From a virus (lineage: Duplodnaviria > Caudoviricetes), in the IMG/VR virus record IMGVR_UViG_3300012952_000022, positions 5,515 through 69,514 of that record: a DNA stretch of 64,000 nucleotides. One strand, written 5' to 3'. The notes beneath the pieces are model-generated. The model was given only the letters and a program-made list of their open reading frames with translations. It was not told the origin of the DNA and did no database searches. Shown one piece after another: positions 45,801 to 54,842 of this stretch (within the stretch, counting starts at the first letter, position 1; every line of letters begins with the position of its first letter). The position numbers were made by a program, and so were the translations under genes.

Positions 45801-46022
45801 ACGAACTTACTAGTTATTGATGAAGGCTTTGGTGCTCTGGATGCTATGAATGTTGAAGCATGTAATCGATTATTGATATCACTTAAGCGATGGTTCAGGA
45901 ATATATTAGTTATATCTCATGTTGATGGTGTCAAGGACATTGTTGATGTTGTTCTTGATATTCGGCAGCATGGCAAAAACTCGTTAATCCAATGTGCAGG
46001 TGCGGAGGCATTAAGTGGATAA
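42858..46022 (+). CDS. sbcCD: fused Mre11-like nuclease and Rad50-like ATPase (T4 gp47-gp46 / SbcD-SbcC fusion)
   Basis: Metallophosphoesterase motifs HISDIH, GGDIVH, GNHD, LGDIH; Walker A GPNRSGKSS (44064); coiled coil with CDC-x6-C; Walker B LVIDEGFGALD; H-loop VISH; all in one ORF. Confidence 0.92.
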   Translation: MSFKCVHISDIHFRGLTRHDEYRESFQAFFEKAKSLEPDAIFVGGDIVHSKTQGISPELIDILNWWFTGLAEIAPTHIILGNHDGLMMNKDRQDAISPIINALDNPRLFLYKKSGTYPVGVPGFNWAVFSCFDMDTWDEVEPVPGEINIATFHGGVEGSHTDINWKIEGEVNVEFFKDYEFTFLGDIHKLQYLDHEKRIAYPGSTIQQNYGEDPGKGFLFWEIEDKDNFRSTFYQIPHSKPFVTIDWVDDVQTTLDEAEKYPDGSRFRVRTNQQLSQHEIKQLHSALKEFKDATEIVYKNDIDVENTSVIKIGDGELFKDDLRDAKTHSKLMREYYSEIDLDDSEWDSLDDLINKYVPQISNGDAARNVKWSVKNFRFDNTFSYGKGNYINFDDLSGIIGLFGPNRSGKSSIPGSLMYTLFNTTDRGSIKNLHIINSRKGYCQGSVDMSINGQLYRIERQSTKHETRAGKLHAVTHLNLFKIDENGNVTQDLSGSQRTETEKIIRKLVGTSDDFLLTSMASQGEMNNFIKYKATQRKAVLTNFLNLNMFEEMLSAASNDSAHIKALIKNAPDHEWDHLIMQSNMTMGRKSNERDEIDNELSIKRKKLQDLTVSLATHKHKDMVTSEDVSEHQRKLQKSRSRLEDLVDRHAQASHEFDEINIRVEKINQIKEQFPVDELRERLEVQRDLEKTLRDLEHQRDLEKQLLDSKKKLAKKLEPCDCFEHLPTCQYVKQSDKHNKLLEKQKEKADALLDSVRATRKSIKVLVKEGLVEKLEKYDSILVKESELKIESSEMAVNLHSLSTEITTVKSLILEDEKLLNDMKLRISDGSIAEEVSLIKKKINDIKRNVSELDSQRMSLSESIGLLTSEVARLEKERDEFKDLMSQWKIYELFMNAVSKKGIPLQIITSQLPIINSEISKILQDVVGFTVELEAESNSNAMDIFINYGDSRRIIECGSGMEKMMASLAIRVALINISSLPKTNLLVIDEGFGALDAMNVEACNRLLISLKRWFRNILVISHVDGVKDIVDVVLDIRQHGKNSLIQCAGAEALSG

Positions 46023-46320
46023 CTGGAAAGATTTACCGGGTGATAGAAGATTAATGAAGGCAAAACATTATTCTGTTATTATCCCTAATTCGCCACCACC
46101 GGTAGTACCTTTAGATTGTCCGGTCTGCCAACAGCTTATGAAAGATCATGATGATGTGTTGTCTTTTCGTAGGAATAGCTGTTGTGTCGAGTGTGAGAAT
46201 ATGTGGGCTATACCCAATAGTGATGAATGGTCTAGCGGGTGGAGACCAGAACCCCAGACAATAATAAATGAGATAAACAGGAGAAATGACTATCCTTCTT
46301 TCATCTATCAGGTCAAATAG
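46015..46320 (+). CDS. small putative zinc-binding protein
   Basis: CPVC...CCVEC motif. Start may instead be ATG 46054. Confidence 0.55.
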   Translation: MDNWKDLPGDRRLMKAKHYSVIIPNSPPPVVPLDCPVCQQLMKDHDDVLSFRRNSCCVECENMWAIPNSDEWSSGWRPEPQTIINEINRRNDYPSFIYQVK

Positions 46321-46332
46321 TTCGCTATCAAG

Positions 46333-46340
46333 ATATTTAG
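46333..46340 (+). promoter_or_regulatory. candidate late-promoter box ATATTTAG (terminase operon)
   Basis: 35 nt before ATG 46368. Confidence 0.45.
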
Positions 46341-46367
46341 ATAGGGAGGATATCCAGGAGATAAATC

Positions 46368-46742
46368 ATGATTTCAAAAGACGTATTAAATCAATTAGAT
46401 GATGTTGTAAACTACACTTGGGGTAAGAGCAGTGGCGATGGCACAAGGTCGCTAACATGCGAAATTGCCAATGGCCAACTTCTTATTAAGTTTCAGACAG
46501 TTGTTCATTTTGCTTCTGAGCAATCGTTACGCCAGCAGGTAGATCGGCTAGTAGATGAGTCGATTCAAATTATTTCCGCTAAGGTTGATGCAACCAAGAA
46601 GCGGTATAAGGAAGTTGCGGGCAGTGCCCTTAAGCTAGAAGAGGTTAGTAATCTAGATGATATTGAGCTAATATCATTATCAGTGCATAACCCTCGCCGA
46701 ATTGCGATATATCGTAGGAACTGTAGTTTAAGAGTGCAATAA
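46368..46742 (+). CDS. hypothetical protein immediately upstream of the terminase
   Basis: AGGAG RBS, 124-aa ORF, ATATTTAG box upstream. Confidence 0.65.
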   Translation: MISKDVLNQLDDVVNYTWGKSSGDGTRSLTCEIANGQLLIKFQTVVHFASEQSLRQQVDRLVDESIQIISAKVDATKKRYKEVAGSALKLEEVSNLDDIELISLSVHNPRRIAIYRRNCSLRVQ

Positions 46743-46745
46743 AAA

Positions 46746-48353
46746 ATGGCCATCACACAGAAACAGCGCCAGGTAAAAGAGATTGTAAAGTGTGGTAAGG
46801 ATCCAAAGTATTTTTTCAATAAGTTTGTAAAGATTCAACACCCCACGAAGGGATTAATCCCTTTTGCTACTTTCGATTTTCAAAATGACTGCATTGACGA
46901 TTTTGTTGCTAATCGTTTTAATGTCATCCTGAAGTCTCGGCAGCTAGGTATTTCTACCTTATCTGCTGCATATGCTGTTTGGTTGGCTATTTTTTATAAA
47001 GACAAGAATATCCTTGTTATTGCTACTAAGTTAAGTGTTGCTATGAACTTTATTAAGAAAGTGAAAGTAGCACTCAAAGGGCTTCCTCCATGGTTAGTTT
47101 TGCCAGAAATTACTAGCAACAATAAGCAATCAGTAGAATTCTCGAATGGGTCATCCATTAAGGCTATACCAACATCAGAGGATGCAGGCCGTTCGGAAGC
47201 ATTAACGTTACTGATTGTCGATGAGGCTGCTTTCGTTCGGAACTTCGATGAGTTATGGATGGGGTTGTACCCTACGCTATCTACCGGTGGTCGTGCAATC
47301 GTGCTTTCGACCCCTAACGGTGTTGGTGGCCAGTATTATGATTTGTATATGAAGGCTGCAGCCGGTGAAAATGAGTTTAACCCAATTAAGCTTCCGTGGG
47401 ATGTGCACCCTGAACGAAGTGATGAGTGGTTTGAGAATGAAAGTAAGAACTTAACGCAGAAGCAGATTGCACAAGAGCTACTATGCGACTTTGCTGCTTC
47501 TGGTGACACGTTCTTACAGGCCGAGCATATTGAGAGAATTAGGACGCAAGTTAGAAACCCATTAGAGAAATGGGGTCCGGACATGGGAGTCTGGGTTTGG
47601 AAATATGCCTTGTCATCACACAAGTATATTATTTCTGCTGATATTGCTCGAGGTGATGCAGGGGATTATTCTGCTTTTCATGTTATTGATACAAACGAGT
47701 CTGAGATTGTGGCAGAGTATAAAGGCAAAATTCCCCCTGATCAGTTTGCAATATTATTAAATGAAGCAGGGATGAGATATGGAAAAGCCCTTGTATGTCC
47801 AGAAAATAACACATATGGCTATGCTGTGATAATGAAGCTTATTGAGCTTGGATACCCTAATCTATATTACAAAAAAGAACGTGATCGCTATGCAGCAATG
47901 TATTCTGGGGAGAGTAATATCCACAAGGCTGGATTTACAACATCCGGACAATCAAGGGCGCAGATAATAACCAAGCTTGAGGAGGTATTACGAAATAACC
48001 ATGTGAAAGTATATTCAGACCGGTTATATACGGAACTTAAGACTTTTGTCTGGAAAGGTAATAAGGCCCAGGCCCAAAAAGGACAGAATGATGATCTAGT
48101 CATGGCCTTGGCCATCGGTGTTTGGTTATATGATACTTCTCCGAATCATAACAAACAGTCAGTTGATATTAATCAGGCAATGTTAAATGCATTTGCAGTA
48201 AATAGAAATACGTTTCAAGACTCGACTCTTCCAAAACAGGCACGTTATGCAGAGAACCCGTATAAGCCGCGTATACTAGAGCAAAGTGATGTAGCACCAG
48301 ACGACAAGGAGAATCCATATGGCGATTTTTCTTGGTTACTGGATGATAAGTAA
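46746..48353 (+). CDS. terL: terminase large subunit (T4 gp17-like)
   Basis: KSRQLGIST Walker A; LLIVDEAAF Walker B; LSTPNG coupling motif; nuclease ADIARGDAGDYSAF and NDDLVMALAI. Confidence 0.95.
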   Translation: MAITQKQRQVKEIVKCGKDPKYFFNKFVKIQHPTKGLIPFATFDFQNDCIDDFVANRFNVILKSRQLGISTLSAAYAVWLAIFYKDKNILVIATKLSVAMNFIKKVKVALKGLPPWLVLPEITSNNKQSVEFSNGSSIKAIPTSEDAGRSEALTLLIVDEAAFVRNFDELWMGLYPTLSTGGRAIVLSTPNGVGGQYYDLYMKAAAGENEFNPIKLPWDVHPERSDEWFENESKNLTQKQIAQELLCDFAASGDTFLQAEHIERIRTQVRNPLEKWGPDMGVWVWKYALSSHKYIISADIARGDAGDYSAFHVIDTNESEIVAEYKGKIPPDQFAILLNEAGMRYGKALVCPENNTYGYAVIMKLIELGYPNLYYKKERDRYAAMYSGESNIHKAGFTTSGQSRAQIITKLEEVLRNNHVKVYSDRLYTELKTFVWKGNKAQAQKGQNDDLVMALAIGVWLYDTSPNHNKQSVDINQAMLNAFAVNRNTFQDSTLPKQARYAENPYKPRILEQSDVAPDDKENPYGDFSWLLDDK

Positions 48354-48404
48354 ATTTATTTTTTATATTTGTAAGTTAATATTAATTGGTGAAAAGAGGA
48401 TAAG

Positions 48405-50471
48405 ATGCCAAAAAGAAAAAAGAACCCAAACTTATTCCAGCGCTTAACCCAGCTTTTTAGAGCGGGCCCGCAGATCAAGCGGCGAGTGCGTGGGTTTGAT
48501 GAACCATCTCCTGTTTCATCAATGCAAATGTTTGGGAAGGCACATAACGACCTTTACAATAATACCCTAAGTACATACGGGTCATTTGATAGAATGTCAA
48601 GGTATAGTGACTTTAGCGAGATGGAGGCGACGCCAGAAATTTCAGCAGCACTAGATATCTACTCCGAAGAAACGACATCCGTTAATGAGAAAGGCATCAA
48701 TCTTCATATACATTCAGACAACAGAAAGATTAAAGAGCTTTTAGAAATTTTATTCTATGATACTCTAAACACAGAGTTTAATCTAACGATGTGGGTAAGA
48801 AATTTATGTAAGTATGGGGACTTCTTTTTATGCACAGATGTATCACCTGAGTATGGAATTATTAATGCATTTCCTGTTCCGATCTCTGAGATGGAGAGGG
48901 AAGAAGGTTTTGATCCAGAAGATCCAGCCGCAGTACGTTTTAGGTGGATTACTCAAGGTAATCAAATTTTAGAAAACTGGCAGGTTGCGCATTTTCGCCT
49001 TTTGGGTAATGATGCATTTTTACCATATGGATCCTCAGTGCTGGAACCAGCACGTCGGATTTGGCGCCAATTAATCTTGATTGAAGATGCCATGTTGGTT
49101 TATCGTGTTATTCGCGCGCCTGAACGACGGGTATTTTACATTGACGTTGGTAATGTACCACCAGAGAATGTTGCAGAGTATTTGGAGCAGGCTCAGACTA
49201 GCTTAAAGCGTTCAGCTGTTGTTGATAAGGACACCGGCCGCGTAGATTTAAGGTATAATCCTCTTTCGGTAGATGAAGATTATTTCCTTCCAGTTCGAGG
49301 CGGTGAGTCCGGTACGAAGATTGATACACTAGCTGGTGGACAGAATACTACTGCGATTGAAGATGTAGAGTACATTCAAAAGAAATTATTTGCTGCATTA
49401 AAAATTCCTCGAGCGTACCTTGGGTATGATGAAGAGATCGGATCTAAGGCAACGTTAGCCCAGGAAGATATTAGGTTTTCAAGAACGATTCAAAGAATTC
49501 AAAAAACTGTAATATCAGAACTTAACAAGCTCGCGATGATCCACTTGTTTTCTCATGGGTATGATGGTGATGATTTACTAGATTTTGACTTGCAACTTTC
49601 AAACCCGTCGTCTGTTGCACAACAGCAAAAGCTAGAACTAATCCGTGCCAGGTTTGAGATTGCTGGTACTGCGCCTGAAGGAATGGTCGATCGCCGATGG
49701 ATTAGAAAGAATGTAATGGGCTTAACAGACGAAGAGATTAGATTGATCGAAGACGGCAAACGAGAAGATAAGATTGTTGATCTTGAAATTGAGGCAACCC
49801 AAGCGCCGGGTGGCGATGCTGGTGGTGACGCTGGTGGTGGCGGAGGGGGTGACCTCTTCGGCGGTGGCGGTGACGATGCTGGTGGAGGAGAAGAAGATGC
49901 CGGTGGAGGAGAAGATCTATTTGCCGCTGACTATACATCCGGTGAGTTATTGACTGCACTTCCAGCTAGCGATGACGATGGTGATTCCGATGATGATGAT
50001 GACTCCGATGACGATGATCATGTACATATCTTATCAATCGATGATGAGGATGCACCAGCGCGCGCACAAAATCAAATTCGTAATGCTTTTGGAGAACCGA
50101 TAAAGAGATCTCGGAAGGTACGTTTTGGGGCTGATTCAACTCACATGCCAGATTTTCTTAGTATGACGTCAGTTGGGAAATCTGCTAGAACACAAGATTC
50201 GATGAATAAGCCGTTTGATGGAGACTTCTTTAAAGATCCCTTTAGGGAAAATGCCACTTCCACCCGGCAGTCTATTCCTGGAATGGATGATTTCTTAGAT
50301 AATAAGATACAACAACATTCTAGAATGACAAGAGAGATAGAATCTACTTTAAGTAATCTATCTAGCGCCATAGGTAATACTAGTAAACGTATGATCGTAG
50401 AAAATCATGATGATCTGGATGAAGGTATTGAACTAGAGATAACGCTGGATAATCAAGAGGATATTGAATAA
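48405..50471 (+). CDS. gp20: portal protein (T4 gp20-like) with long Gly/Asp-rich C-terminal extension
   Basis: EDAMLVYRVIRAPERRVFYIDVGNVPP, EDYFLPVRGG, GTKIDTLAGG, YIQKKLFAALKIP are gp20 motifs. Confidence 0.95.
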   Translation: MPKRKKNPNLFQRLTQLFRAGPQIKRRVRGFDEPSPVSSMQMFGKAHNDLYNNTLSTYGSFDRMSRYSDFSEMEATPEISAALDIYSEETTSVNEKGINLHIHSDNRKIKELLEILFYDTLNTEFNLTMWVRNLCKYGDFFLCTDVSPEYGIINAFPVPISEMEREEGFDPEDPAAVRFRWITQGNQILENWQVAHFRLLGNDAFLPYGSSVLEPARRIWRQLILIEDAMLVYRVIRAPERRVFYIDVGNVPPENVAEYLEQAQTSLKRSAVVDKDTGRVDLRYNPLSVDEDYFLPVRGGESGTKIDTLAGGQNTTAIEDVEYIQKKLFAALKIPRAYLGYDEEIGSKATLAQEDIRFSRTIQRIQKTVISELNKLAMIHLFSHGYDGDDLLDFDLQLSNPSSVAQQQKLELIRARFEIAGTAPEGMVDRRWIRKNVMGLTDEEIRLIEDGKREDKIVDLEIEATQAPGGDAGGDAGGGGGGDLFGGGGDDAGGGEEDAGGGEDLFAADYTSGELLTALPASDDDGDSDDDDDSDDDDHVHILSIDDEDAPARAQNQIRNAFGEPIKRSRKVRFGADSTHMPDFLSMTSVGKSARTQDSMNKPFDGDFFKDPFRENATSTRQSIPGMDDFLDNKIQQHSRMTREIESTLSNLSSAIGNTSKRMIVENHDDLDEGIELEITLDNQEDIE

Positions 50472-51326
50472 ATGAGTAAGTCTCACAATAAAAAAAGAAA
50501 TGTCGGTATTATCTATGAGCAGCTTTTGCGAACAATGGCTGAGTCATTAATTAGCGATGAGACCGAAAAATATAAGCAGGCATTAGGCATTATAAGGAAA
50601 CACTTTCAGCCTGGTACTCAACTGTATAGAGAATTCAGGCTATTTAATGCGCTTGTAAAAACATCAGTTGATAAGGAGTCTTTAGCAGTTCGAATTCTTC
50701 AAGAAGCTAAAAGGGCTGCTGTTGACTTTAATTCAACAGAATTACGAAAAGAAAAAGCAGCATTGATTAAGGATATAAATTATTCACTTTCAGATCCTGG
50801 ATTCTATAATCAAAGAATTAAAGAATATCGTGAATATGCAACGATTCAGACGCTACTAAATGACTGGAGATCATCTGGCCGCCCGAATATTTCTCGCATC
50901 GCAGATTATGAAAATAAAGTTTGTAATATGCTATTAACCGAAAAGAAGGATGAACCTCTTGAGGTTTTTCATGATGATGATGTTAGTGCGCTAACTGTTA
51001 GATTGATGACAGAAAAATTTAATAAGCGCTACGGTCAACAGCTAAATGATGAGCAACAAACTCTTATTAAGGAGTATGTATTTAGTACTCAACATGGTGA
51101 GACAAGAGAGTTTAAGGGCTATCTAAATGAATTGAAGTCCAGCTTATCAATCGAGTTAGAACTATACGCTAATAACTGCAAAAATGAAATCTTAAATGAA
51201 AAGATGAATAAGGTGCAGAGTGTAGTATCTATGTTGGATACTGGCGCAGTGGATGACAATACCGTCTCTAGATTTTTATTGGTCTCCCAACTTAAGTCAG
51301 AAATTATGGAGTCTGAAGATGAGTAA
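50472..51326 (+). CDS. conserved helical protein between portal and protease (head cluster)
   Basis: 284-aa ORF abutting both neighbours; basic N-terminus HNKKRNVGIIYEQL. Confidence 0.7.
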   Translation: MSKSHNKKRNVGIIYEQLLRTMAESLISDETEKYKQALGIIRKHFQPGTQLYREFRLFNALVKTSVDKESLAVRILQEAKRAAVDFNSTELRKEKAALIKDINYSLSDPGFYNQRIKEYREYATIQTLLNDWRSSGRPNISRIADYENKVCNMLLTEKKDEPLEVFHDDDVSALTVRLMTEKFNKRYGQQLNDEQQTLIKEYVFSTQHGETREFKGYLNELKSSLSIELELYANNCKNEILNEKMNKVQSVVSMLDTGAVDDNTVSRFLLVSQLKSEIMESEDE

Positions 51327-51921
51327 GTTACTTACGGCATGGACCCCCTTTGAGTATACAAAGGAAATGATCCAAGAGTCAAAAGAAAAAAATGGTGGAA
51401 AAATTGTGATGAAAGGTATTCTGCAAAAAGCAGACACCTTAAACCAGAATGGGCGAGTTTATCCTCTTCCGATTTTAGAAAGAGAAGTTCGCAATTATCA
51501 AAAGTTCATTCGTGAGAATAGAGCATTGGGCGAATGTGATCATCCTGACTCTTCTGTTGTTGAACTAAAAAATGTTTCCCATATTGTTAGGGAGGCATGG
51601 ATGGACGGAGGAGTATGTTATGGCAATGTTGAGTTGCTTGATACTCCTTGTGGAAAAATTTTACAAAGCCTTGTTGAGTCTGGCGTTACGTTGGGGATTT
51701 CATCTAGAGGAGTAGGATCGACAAAGAATGAAGGTGACTATGATGTAGTTCAAGATGACTTTCAACTTATTTGTTGGGATTTCGTTTCAGAACCTTCTAC
51801 TCCTGGAGCATTCATGATGGCAGAAGGTAAGTCGATATCACAAAAGGATTTACGCAAGCATTTTAACAAGTCCGATAGAATTGATAGATTATTTAATGAT
51901 ATATTGGATTGGGAGAAATAA
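51319..51921 (+). CDS. gp21: prohead core protease (T4 gp21-like, U9 family)
   Basis: GILQKADTLNQNGRVYP, ALGECDHP, GISSRGVGS, WDFVSEPSTPGA. ATG at 51319 is the likely start. Confidence 0.95.
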   Translation: MSKLLTAWTPFEYTKEMIQESKEKNGGKIVMKGILQKADTLNQNGRVYPLPILEREVRNYQKFIRENRALGECDHPDSSVVELKNVSHIVREAWMDGGVCYGNVELLDTPCGKILQSLVESGVTLGISSRGVGSTKNEGDYDVVQDDFQLICWDFVSEPSTPGAFMMAEGKSISQKDLRKHFNKSDRIDRLFNDILDWEK

Positions 51922-51923
51922 GA

Positions 51924-52352
51924 ATGTCATATTATGATAAAGATAGGACTGCAGATGATATGCCGGATGGCCAGCAGGCAGCCCCTCGAATGCACAACTG
52001 GCCCAAGCCAGCTCTAAACTCAGCTGCTCAATATCAAATTTCTGGCATGCCGGCTGCTGCATCGTTATCCAATGGGGAAACAATTACCTTTACTCGAGTA
52101 ACCAGGGCGATTACCGTAGTTACAGATGGCACAGGTGCTACAATCGATTTCAATAATACAGATCAGGATCCTTATCCTTTAATTGAAAATGTCCCACAGC
52201 GTTTTGAGGTTTTGGCGACTTCGTTGTCCGTAGTAATAGTTCCCGGAACAGCTACTGCAGTTAATGTTGTTGCTGAGTTGACAGGTATTCAATCAGACCA
52301 GTGCCCGGATTGGAGTAATGCCGATAATGATATATTCACAATTACATCATAG
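51924..52352 (+). CDS. small beta-rich putative virion protein
   Basis: In-frame ATG at 51924 just after the protease stop; ITFTRVTRAITV beta motif. Confidence 0.6.
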   Translation: MSYYDKDRTADDMPDGQQAAPRMHNWPKPALNSAAQYQISGMPAAASLSNGETITFTRVTRAITVVTDGTGATIDFNNTDQDPYPLIENVPQRFEVLATSLSVVIVPGTATAVNVVAELTGIQSDQCPDWSNADNDIFTITS

Positions 52353-52363
52353 GATAGTTTAAA

Positions 52364-52777
52364 GTGGCGAAAGTATCTAGAGATCAACTTAAAGGCATTG
52401 TCAAAGAGTGCCTTATGGAAATATTAGCCGAGGGTCTTCTTCATGATTCTTCTTCTCCAAGAAAGAAGGCAAAATCACACCAACCCAGGGTACCTTCATT
52501 AGTTGAGACACGTGAGCCAGCACAGGATAAGTTTACTGCAGCGGTTGATAGTGCAGTATCAGGACTTACGAACGATCCGATAATGACAAGTATTTTTAGA
52601 GATACAGCAATGACAACGTTGCAGGAACAATTAAGCGGAGAGACCAACCCGCAGGTTTCTCCAAGAACTAATTTAGTAAATGAAAAATCTACGCCTGATG
52701 ATTTAGGTGACTTATTTGGTGATGCTGCCGGCCGATGGGCTGACTTAGCTTTTACTGAAAAGAAAACAATGCCTTAA
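52364..52777 (+). CDS. putative prohead core/internal head protein
   Basis: LKGIVKECLMEILAEG helix; several [LIV]xE motifs. Confidence 0.55.
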   Translation: MAKVSRDQLKGIVKECLMEILAEGLLHDSSSPRKKAKSHQPRVPSLVETREPAQDKFTAAVDSAVSGLTNDPIMTSIFRDTAMTTLQEQLSGETNPQVSPRTNLVNEKSTPDDLGDLFGDAAGRWADLAFTEKKTMP

Positions 52778-52851
52778 AACAGAGGTCAAAATCTGCTTAA
52801 GCGAAATATGTATAATGGATTCGTAAATATTATGAATAGGAGTTTATAATC

Positions 52852-53163
52852 ATGTCCAGACGAGTTAAAAGACTTACCCCAAGAATGCTACGGCGCTTGG
52901 TTTTAGAAGAAAAAGCTAGAATGCTAAAAGAATCCGACCCAATTGAGGCCGGCATTGATGATCCTGCTAAGGTAGCCGCTGAAGAAGTAGAAGCCGGTGA
53001 AGAAGCAGACACCATCGCGAAAGATATCGATATTATGGCTGCACTCAAAATTGAGGAAGGCAAGTTGAAGAGAAAGTTACGTAAAGTAAATGAAGCTAAA
53101 AAGAAGCTTCGTGGTCGCATTGTTAGATCTGCTCGCAGATCACCAACAAGGCGCCGGCGATAA
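52852..53163 (+). CDS. small internal head protein with basic termini
   Basis: AGGAG RBS; MSRRVKRLTPRMLRRLVLEE...RRSPTRRRR. Confidence 0.6.
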   Translation: MSRRVKRLTPRMLRRLVLEEKARMLKESDPIEAGIDDPAKVAAEEVEAGEEADTIAKDIDIMAALKIEEGKLKRKLRKVNEAKKKLRGRIVRSARRSPTRRRR

Positions 53164-53182
53164 TTCTATAAGGAGTTAAATT

Positions 53183-53659
53183 ATGCCAACTCATAAGCAA
53201 GTAACTGTGAAGTCAGTTGTCTCAAATAAAGACAAGGGTCGTCACGACAGTAAACAAATGTCATCTATTTATGCTGCCTCTCCTATTCATTCGTCTGATA
53301 TGACAATTGATAGCATTAAAGAACAATTCCAGGAGCTTTGTCTTGATGGAGAAGTTAATGATGCAGGTCACACTTTTGGTATCTTAAATAGAGACTACGT
53401 TGATGCTCCAGAGTATGGTGATGTTGAAACCGGCGGTGGCGGACTTCCTGCTAGCGCCTGGGTACCAAACCCAACTTCACCTGGTCCTGGAAGTCAGAAC
53501 CCCGCCGATCAGCAAGATCCACCAGATGGTTATGGTGAAAAAGCTGGAGACACATGGGGAACTGGCGTTGGTTCACAACTAAGCCCGAAAAAGTCTTCCG
53601 AGGCTATTTCAACTCACACACTTGGTGATTACGGCTTAGGTAAATCAAATCCATCTTAA
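53183..53659 (+). CDS. Pro/Gly-rich head-cluster protein, paralog A
   Basis: AAGGAG RBS; MPTH..SPIH..NRDY..VETGGGGLP..PNPTSPG. Confidence 0.7.
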   Translation: MPTHKQVTVKSVVSNKDKGRHDSKQMSSIYAASPIHSSDMTIDSIKEQFQELCLDGEVNDAGHTFGILNRDYVDAPEYGDVETGGGGLPASAWVPNPTSPGPGSQNPADQQDPPDGYGEKAGDTWGTGVGSQLSPKKSSEAISTHTLGDYGLGKSNPS

Positions 53660-53675
53660 GTTAAGGTAACCTAAT

Positions 53676-54215
53676 ATGCCAACCCATAATCAAAATACGG
53701 TTAACCCACCAGCTGGTGGAAATGGCAAATTAGGTGGAGTGAGTGAGCTTTCACGCTCAAACACGAAATCCCTTGAGGCATCTTTTCCCGGGTCACCGAT
53801 TCATGATGGGTCGATGACCCGGGAATCTGTTCAAGCACAATTCCAAGAAAAAGTACTAGATGGTGTCGTTGATAATGGTTATTGCTTTTCTTCATTTAAT
53901 AGGGATTATGACAAAGGCCCTGATAAGTTAAAGCCACCAGTTATCGCTGAGGTTGAAACCGGTGCCGGTGGGTTGCCTGGTTCACCCCATATGCCAAACC
54001 CAGCTAGTCCTGGTACAGGAAGTGTAAATCCCTCCGATCAACCAGATCCACCTGATGACATGGAAAAAAATAAGGTGTCACGACCTCCCTATATCGGTGA
54101 AGGTTCTGCGCTGGATCCAATGTCATCATCAAAGCAACAATCTGCCCATAAGGTCAAAAAATATATTTTAGGAAAGAGTCATAAAGGCTCTGTTGGATCT
54201 TATAGCGGCAGCTAA
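53676..54215 (+). CDS. Pro/Gly-rich head-cluster protein, paralog B
   Basis: MPTH..SPIH..NRDY..VETGAGGLP..PNPASPG. Confidence 0.7.
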   Translation: MPTHNQNTVNPPAGGNGKLGGVSELSRSNTKSLEASFPGSPIHDGSMTRESVQAQFQEKVLDGVVDNGYCFSSFNRDYDKGPDKLKPPVIAEVETGAGGLPGSPHMPNPASPGTGSVNPSDQPDPPDDMEKNKVSRPPYIGEGSALDPMSSSKQQSAHKVKKYILGKSHKGSVGSYSGS

Positions 54216-54224
54216 GGCATATAA

Positions 54225-54842
54225 ATGTCTGGAAATTATTTAGCCAAAAGGCCTACTACGGCTGTCAAAAGTAATTATGATGATAGGAAAGGCTTGGGGT
54301 ATGGGCGCCTCGAGCCTGAATTTCATGTGCCAAAAATGCAACATGATGAGTTTCCGTATGTTACACCTGATCAGCATGAAGAAATTGAAGATCAGATAGA
54401 TGATGATGATTTAGATGCGTTTGTTAAGAAAACAAACTTAGGTTACCATGTGACAGACTATATGTCAGATAGAAAAAACAATCCCTTTTATTTTGCTGCA
54501 GGAAACACAAAGATAGGCGAAGGGATCAACATAGCTAAAAATAGCATGGTACCAATTCCAGATCTATATAAAGGAAGAGAAGTTGCATTGGGTGGTTCTG
54601 TTTCCGGACACCACCATGCAGGCCCTGAGTATCCTTCCAGAACATCCGGAGATATTTCTTATGGTACCAAACATGGGTACTCTTTAAGCCCCCCTCCTAT
54701 GGCCACAGGCATTAAAGAATTGCCGGCATATGAAATTAATGATATACCTCCGACGGAAGACGATGTAATGTTAAGATTAAGACAACTAATTAATGCAATT
54801 CATGGCGAACAAGAGAAAGAAAGACTTAGGAAACAAGATTAA
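54225..54842 (+). CDS. hypothetical head-cluster protein
   Basis: 205-aa ORF tightly packed in the operon. Confidence 0.6.
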   Translation: MSGNYLAKRPTTAVKSNYDDRKGLGYGRLEPEFHVPKMQHDEFPYVTPDQHEEIEDQIDDDDLDAFVKKTNLGYHVTDYMSDRKNNPFYFAAGNTKIGEGINIAKNSMVPIPDLYKGREVALGGSVSGHHHAGPEYPSRTSGDISYGTKHGYSLSPPPMATGIKELPAYEINDIPPTEDDVMLRLRQLINAIHGEQEKERLRKQD

